Position numbers and translations under genes: made by a program. Shown here piece by piece: positions 59,296 through 64,000 of a stretch of 64,000 nucleotides of DNA. The stretch is from assembly GCA_016214655.1 (NCBI GenBank), contig JACROC010000006.1:21377-85376 (forward strand), given 5' to 3'. Within the stretch, counting starts at the first letter, position 1, and the number at the start of each line of letters is the position of its first letter. This DNA comes from Candidatus Harrisonbacteria bacterium. GTDB lineage: Bacteria > Patescibacteriota > Minisyncoccia > UBA6257 > 02-FULL-45-10c. The notes below the pieces were generated by a model. It searched no databases. It was not told the DNA's origin and saw only the letters and a list, made by a program, of their open reading frames with translations.

Positions 59296-60162
59296 ATGGC
59301 AGAGTTGCACGAAAATAAATTAAAATTTTTAGAGGAGATGGCGAATAAGATCCGCCAGGATATTATTTCTTCTTTAGTAGAAGCAAAATCCGGGCATTCT
59401 GCCGGTCCTTTGGGGATGGCGGATATTTTTGCCGCGCTTTATTTTCATATTTTAAATCATGACCCGAAAAATCCGGCTTGGCCGGATCGCGATCGGGTGG
59501 TGGTTTCTAATGGCCATATTTGCCCAGTGCTTTATGCGACGCTAGCTAATGCTAATTATTTTCCAGTGGAGGAATTGATGACTTTAAGGAAAATAAATTC
59601 ACGTCTACAGGGCCATCCTCATCGCAATTCATTGCCGGGGCTGGAGACAACTTCCGGTCCGCTTGGTTCCGGAATTTCACAATCAATTGGCATGGCGTTA
59701 GCGGCCAGATTAGATAAAAAGAAATATCGGATCTATTGTCTTACTTCTGACGGTGAGCATCAGGAGGGAAATACCTGGGAAGCGGTTATGTTTGCGGGCA
59801 AGCAAAAATCCAAGCTCAATAATTTAACCGTGATTATGGACCGGAATAATATCCAAATTGACGGTTTCACGGAGGAAGTGATGCCGCTGGAGCCGCTTCG
59901 CCAAAAATATGAAGTTTTTGGCTGGCATGTCATTGATGTGAGCGGCCATGACATTGCGGAATTTGTTTCCGCGGTTAATGAGGCGAAGGCGATTTATGAA
60001 AAGCCGACCATGATTATCGCCCATACCATACCCGGCAAAGGGGTGAGTTTTATGGAGAATGATTATGTTTGGCATGGCAAGCCGCCAAATCCGGAAGAAG
60101 CGAAAGCGGCTTTATTGGAATTAAGGACGCTTGGCGGACAGATTAAGTCAGAACACGAATAG
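59296..60162 (+). CDS. Transketolase, N-terminal subunit
   Basis: SGH, RDR...SNGH, LQGHP, GPLG.G, SDGE..EG and GKG. Confidence 0.93.
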   Translation: MAELHENKLKFLEEMANKIRQDIISSLVEAKSGHSAGPLGMADIFAALYFHILNHDPKNPAWPDRDRVVVSNGHICPVLYATLANANYFPVEELMTLRKINSRLQGHPHRNSLPGLETTSGPLGSGISQSIGMALAARLDKKKYRIYCLTSDGEHQEGNTWEAVMFAGKQKSKLNNLTVIMDRNNIQIDGFTEEVMPLEPLRQKYEVFGWHVIDVSGHDIAEFVSAVNEAKAIYEKPTMIIAHTIPGKGVSFMENDYVWHGKPPNPEEAKAALLELRTLGGQIKSEHE

Positions 60163-60231
60163 CGAATTTGTTATAATTGTAATTAGCAGTGAAAGGTCGC
60201 TGATAATAATTAATGATAAAAATTTATACAT

Positions 60232-60480
60232 ATGATGCAAGGTGAACATGGTAAGTGGCATTGGTCTTGTTGCCTGAGGCCGGCCTTGGGAATGCTTCTC
60301 TGGCTTGCCGGGGCAGCAGCTTTAGCATTGGCTTGGTGGGCGGTCTGGAGGCGGGAATTGGTGTGGGGTCTTGAGCCGCTGGCCTGGTACTGGAATGCCT
60401 TAATCCTTGGAGTTTTGGCATTAGGTTGCAAGGGACACGGTAGCGGACATTGTGGTACTTGTATGCCAGAATCTAAATAA
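60232..60480 (+). CDS. Small 2-TM membrane protein with His/Cys-rich ends
   Basis: 82-aa ORF; HGKWHWSCC, two TM segments, CKGHGSGHCGTC; TGTTATAAT upstream. Confidence 0.6.
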   Translation: MMQGEHGKWHWSCCLRPALGMLLWLAGAAALALAWWAVWRRELVWGLEPLAWYWNALILGVLALGCKGHGSGHCGTCMPESK

Positions 60481-60546
60481 TAGAGAAAATTCTCGAGAAT
60501 TTTCACTGTGGCTCCGCTTTGCGGGGCTACCAGAAAGTTTTTGAGC

Positions 60547-61560
60547 ATGCTTAATTCCAACGCAAAAATTAATTCTAAAATATTTGATGCCGATATTGAG
60601 TATCGGCCGACTCGCGATGGTTATGGCGAAGGTTTGGTGATTGCCGGCGAACAAGATCCAAATGTGGTAGTTTTATGCGCCGATCTTACCGAATCCACCC
60701 GCTCCGAAGGATTTGCTAAAAAATTTCCGGAAAGATTTTTTGAGGTGGGCGTGGCAGAGCAGAATCTGGCAACCATTGCTTCCGGGCTTGGTGTCAGCGG
60801 CAAGATTCCTTTTATTTCTTCTTACGCAACTTTTTCTCCGGGAAGAAATTGGGAGCAAATCCGCACTACGATTTCTTACAATGATTCCAATGTGAAAATT
60901 GCCGGCGCCCATGCGGGAATTTCTGTCGGTCCGGATGGCGCAACGCATCAAGCGATAGAAGATATTGCAACTATGCGGGTGATGGCAAACATGAAGGTGA
61001 TTGTTCCTTGTGATGCGGTCGAAGCAAAAAAGGCGACCATGGCGGCGGCAAAAATCTGGGGTCCGGTTTACTTGCGTTTCGGCCGGGAAAAAATGCCAGT
61101 TTTTACAACCGAAGAAACACCATTTATTCCCGGGAAGGCGGAAATTTTCTGGGAATCTACCGGGAAAAAAAGCCGCGCCAAAAAACCGCAAGTTGTGATA
61201 GTCGGCTGCGGTTCGCTGGTTCATTATGCGTTGTTGGCCGCCAAAGAACTGGAAGAAGAGGGAATCGGAACCATAGTAATAAACAGTCACACTATCAAGC
61301 CCCTAGATGAAAAAACTATTTTAACAGCCGCAGAAGATTGCGGAGCGGTAGTGACGGTGGAAGAACATCAGGTGTTGGGCGGGCTTGGTGGGGCGGTAGC
61401 GGAATTGCTCGCCAAAAAATTGCCGATCCCCATGGAATTTATCGGAATGCAGAATGTTTTTGGCGAATCTGGCCCGCCCAAAGAATTGATAGAGAAGTAT
61501 GGAATGGGAGTGGAAGATATCAAGGCGGCGGTGAAAAAGGTTTTGAAAAGAAGAAAATAA
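60547..61560 (+). CDS. Transketolase, C-terminal subunit
   Basis: ADL, GVAEQN, GPDGATHQ, GPVYLR, IKPLD and VEEH; ATG at 60547. Confidence 0.93.
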   Translation: MLNSNAKINSKIFDADIEYRPTRDGYGEGLVIAGEQDPNVVVLCADLTESTRSEGFAKKFPERFFEVGVAEQNLATIASGLGVSGKIPFISSYATFSPGRNWEQIRTTISYNDSNVKIAGAHAGISVGPDGATHQAIEDIATMRVMANMKVIVPCDAVEAKKATMAAAKIWGPVYLRFGREKMPVFTTEETPFIPGKAEIFWESTGKKSRAKKPQVVIVGCGSLVHYALLAAKELEEEGIGTIVINSHTIKPLDEKTILTAAEDCGAVVTVEEHQVLGGLGGAVAELLAKKLPIPMEFIGMQNVFGESGPPKELIEKYGMGVEDIKAAVKKVLKRRK

Positions 61561-61586
61561 ATCCAGTCATTGACTGGATTTATTTT
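61554..61586. terminator. Long A/T-flanked hairpin (terminator-like)
   Basis: AAAATAAATCCAGTCA-T-TGACTGGATTTATTTT with 16-bp arms. Confidence 0.7.
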
Positions 61587-61635
61587 GGGGTTTATTATCA
61601 AGTCACAGTTCTTTGAGAAACTGCGAGGTTTAGCT

Positions 61636-62271
61636 ATGTCTTTGGTATTGGTGCCTTTGGTTCTGGCGATAGTTATGGCATCAATTATTCTGCATGAAGT
61701 GGCTCACGGATTAGCAGCGCTGATGTTCGGTGATGATACAGCTAAAGAGGCTGGGCGTTTAACTCTTAATCCGATTGTTCACATTGATCTAATCGGATCT
61801 ATTTTTTTGCCGGTGGTGTGTTTATTGATGGGCGCACCGATGATCGGCTGGGCAAAACCGGTTCCGGTAGACTTTAACCGCCTTCCGTCGCGATTTGCCG
61901 ATCTTTGCGTGAGTCTGGCTGGTATTGCAGTTAACTTCACTTTAGCGGTTGGTGCCGGTTTATTGATCCGGACCTCTCCGCATTGGCTGGTATGGATTTT
62001 TGGAAGTGATGTAAGTCAGGGACAGATGTATGCGCTCTTGGGTCCGCTGATGCTCGTAGCGCAGATTAATTTAGTTCTCGGAGTCTTTAATCTGATGCCC
62101 GTGCCGCCACTGGATGGCTGGCGCATCTGGGGCGTCTGGCTTCCGTATGATTGGAGAATGTTCATTGAGATGAAGGCGATGTGGTTTATGATTGCGCTCT
62201 TTATTCTCTTGCCGTACCTGCCTGTTTTCTGGCTGGTAAATCTTTTGTACACTCTTCTAATCGGTCTTTAA
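61636..62271 (+). CDS. Site-2 protease family (M50) membrane metalloprotease
   Basis: HEVAH, GRLTLNP, GWAKPVPV and NLMPVPPLDG; ATG at 61636. Confidence 0.92.
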   Translation: MSLVLVPLVLAIVMASIILHEVAHGLAALMFGDDTAKEAGRLTLNPIVHIDLIGSIFLPVVCLLMGAPMIGWAKPVPVDFNRLPSRFADLCVSLAGIAVNFTLAVGAGLLIRTSPHWLVWIFGSDVSQGQMYALLGPLMLVAQINLVLGVFNLMPVPPLDGWRIWGVWLPYDWRMFIEMKAMWFMIALFILLPYLPVFWLVNLLYTLLIGL

Positions 62272-62272
62272 T

Positions 62273-62297
62273 AATCCTGCTTTAGCGGGATTTTTTG
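62273..62297 (+). terminator. Rho-independent terminator
   Basis: AATCCTGC.TTTA.GCGGGATT followed by a T-tract. Confidence 0.6.
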
Positions 62298-62317
62298 TTT
62301 TATGATAAAATTTTACT

Positions 62318-63367
62318 ATGTACGATATTGTAACTATCGGTTCGGTTACCAGGGATAATTTTTTAGAATCGGATTACGAGATTATTAAATGGCCGAAAAC
62401 GCCATCCGGAAGGGCGATTTGTTTGCCGTTCGGAGAAAAGCTCCCCATTAAGCGCTTGTTTCTTACGACTGGCGGAAATTCCGCCAATGCCAGCGTGACT
62501 TTTGCGAGACAAGGATTTCAAACCGCTTGTTTTGGAAAAATCGGAGATGATTTGTCGGGCAGAGAATTGTCCCAGCGCTTAAAAAAAGAAGGCGTTCAGA
62601 CAACTTTTTCCATTTCCGAAAATCGGCCTACCGCCTACTCATCTCTTTTATTAAAAGGAGGCGAAAGGACAATTTTGGGTTATCATGGAGCTTCCGATAC
62701 TTGGACTCTGAATGATATTCCTTGGAGAAAATTAAAATCTAAGTGGTGGTATTTGTCTCTGGCTGGAGAGTCGGATAAATTTTTGAAACCATTATTGCAA
62801 TTTGCTAAAAAAAATAAAATTAAAGTTGCTTTTAATCCGAGTGGACACCATATCGGGCATAAACGGAAAGAAGTTTTGTCCGCCTTGAAAGACTCAGCCT
62901 TTTTAGTTTTAAATGAAGGAGAGGCAGCGGATTTAGTCGGTATCCCGTTTAAAAAAGAAAAAGAGGTTTTTAAGAAATTGGATAACTTAACTCCCGGGAT
63001 CGTGGCGGTGACTGACGGCCCGAACGGTGTGACTGTTTCAGACGGAAAATATTTGTATAAAGCAGGGGTTTTCAAAGAAAAAGCAGTGGTGGATCGCACT
63101 GGCGCGGGTGACGCGTTTGGATCCGGATTTGTAGCCGGATTAATGCATGCCGAGCGTCCAGCGTCCAGCGTCCGGCGTTCAGAGAAAAAAGAACTAAGCG
63201 CTAACCGCTATACGCTAGATGCTATAAGATATGCCATTCGCCTTGCTTCAGCCAATGCCACGTCGGTCGTAGAGCATATCGGCGCGACTGAAGGTACTCT
63301 TACTAAAAATCAATTTGAAAAACAAAGACGCTGGAGTAAATTTTTGATTAAAATAAAAAAGATTTAG
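62318..63367 (+). CDS. PfkB family carbohydrate kinase
   Basis: GGNSAN, GDD..G, LNEGEA and DRTGAGDAFGSG. Confidence 0.92.
   Translation: MYDIVTIGSVTRDNFLESDYEIIKWPKTPSGRAICLPFGEKLPIKRLFLTTGGNSANASVTFARQGFQTACFGKIGDDLSGRELSQRLKKEGVQTTFSISENRPTAYSSLLLKGGERTILGYHGASDTWTLNDIPWRKLKSKWWYLSLAGESDKFLKPLLQFAKKNKIKVAFNPSGHHIGHKRKEVLSALKDSAFLVLNEGEAADLVGIPFKKEKEVFKKLDNLTPGIVAVTDGPNGVTVSDGKYLYKAGVFKEKAVVDRTGAGDAFGSGFVAGLMHAERPASSVRRSEKKELSANRYTLDAIRYAIRLASANATSVVEHIGATEGTLTKNQFEKQRRWSKFLIKIKKI
63153..63223. repeat. Inverted heptamer-repeat insertion inside the pfkB gene
   Basis: (AGCGTCC)x3 GGCGTTC AG, 11 nt, CTAAGCG CTAACCG CTATACG CTAGATG CT. Confidence 0.75.
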
Positions 63368-63370
63368 CTT

Positions 63371-64000
63371 ATGGATAATAATTACGAAAAAATATCAAAA
63401 ATTCTAAGATTCGATAAAAACCGCATTCAAGAATTGCAGGCGGCGATGTCTAGAGTTACCGGTAAAGAAGGAGTATGTGAGGATGTTACCGCGCGGAATG
63501 ATGAATTGGTCCGCCAGCGATTGGATTTTCTTGGTTTGGGCAAAAATGTTTCAGCGCTGGAAGTTTACGATGCTTTAATCAGCAAAATTGAGGCGGACGA
63601 TGTTAAAATTTTTGAAGCGATCGGACTTTTTTCTTTGCGTAATCCGGATACTGCCGGCAAGATAGTGGATTTTGTGGAAAAACTACATCCTTTACGGAAA
63701 GGATATTTTTTGAAATACGAGCGCGCAACCGAATTTTTGCGGCGCGAACCGCCTAAGATGATAATGAAAGCGCTTGGTTATAAAGATGTTGAGGACTTGA
63801 TTAAAAATGAAGATTTACTGGAGGTGTATAGCGCGCTTCGATTTTTGGAAGACCCAGATTGGCTGAATAAGGCGTTTTTTAAACAATACGAGCAGTTGAC
63901 CCCGGAAGATTTTGAAGAGCGGCCGATCCAGCTGCGCGCGCTGGATCCAAAATGGACCAAGGCGGCGGAAAAATTTGTCGCTAAAAAATACCACAATGTC
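63371..64000 (+). CDS. Hypothetical protein (runs off the window end)
   Basis: Open frame from ATG 63371 (MDNNYEKISKILRFDK...) not listed in the ORF track because it has no stop in the window. Confidence 0.75.
   Translation, partial: MDNNYEKISKILRFDKNRIQELQAAMSRVTGKEGVCEDVTARNDELVRQRLDFLGLGKNVSALEVYDALISKIEADDVKIFEAIGLFSLRNPDTAGKIVDFVEKLHPLRKGYFLKYERATEFLRREPPKMIMKALGYKDVEDLIKNEDLLEVYSALRFLEDPDWLNKAFFKQYEQLTPEDFEERPIQLRALDPKWTKAAEKFVAKKYHNV

Noticed and set aside
60673-61290. 205-aa antisense ORF and the many other short overlapping ORFs in the track
   Set aside because: They are shadows of well-supported genes and carry no recognisable motifs.

Overview
About 64 kb of AT-rich bacterial chromosome. 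Gene content suggests a Patescibacteria/CPR (Parcubacteria-like) genome; this is inferred from the split transketolase, the standalone PaaX/Cas2-fold gene, the lamin-tail surface protein and the mostly SD-less starts. Positions 1-39.4 kb hold a very large surface-glycan locus: GT4/GT9/GT2 transferases, gmd, a DegT aminotransferase, two NeuB, two NeuA, NeuC, five paralogous TagB/TagF-like transferases, glyA with a deacetylase and a formyltransferase, two flippases, a priming transferase and an O-antigen-ligase/TPR protein. Positions 39.4-52.8 kb hold thiol-redox genes, a PaaX/Cas2-fold gene, a 1405-aa surface enzyme, two HExxH lipoproteins and a beta-barrel-like protein. Positions 52.8-64 kb hold a gap/pentose-phosphate cluster interrupted by a regulator-prs-apt-Nudix block. 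The most notable unexplained structures are: (1) three copies of a loopless 38-bp palindrome with symmetric (compensatory) substitutions, two of them bracketing the PaaX/Cas2-fold gene; (2) two adjacent expression units sharing an identical 18-bp operator, a boxA-like motif at identical spacing and an identical 36-bp terminator, yet carrying unrelated genes; (3) a 148-bp nested-hairpin element; (4) heptamer-repeat insertions inside housekeeping genes. I found no rRNA, tRNA, CRISPR array or recognisable transposase.
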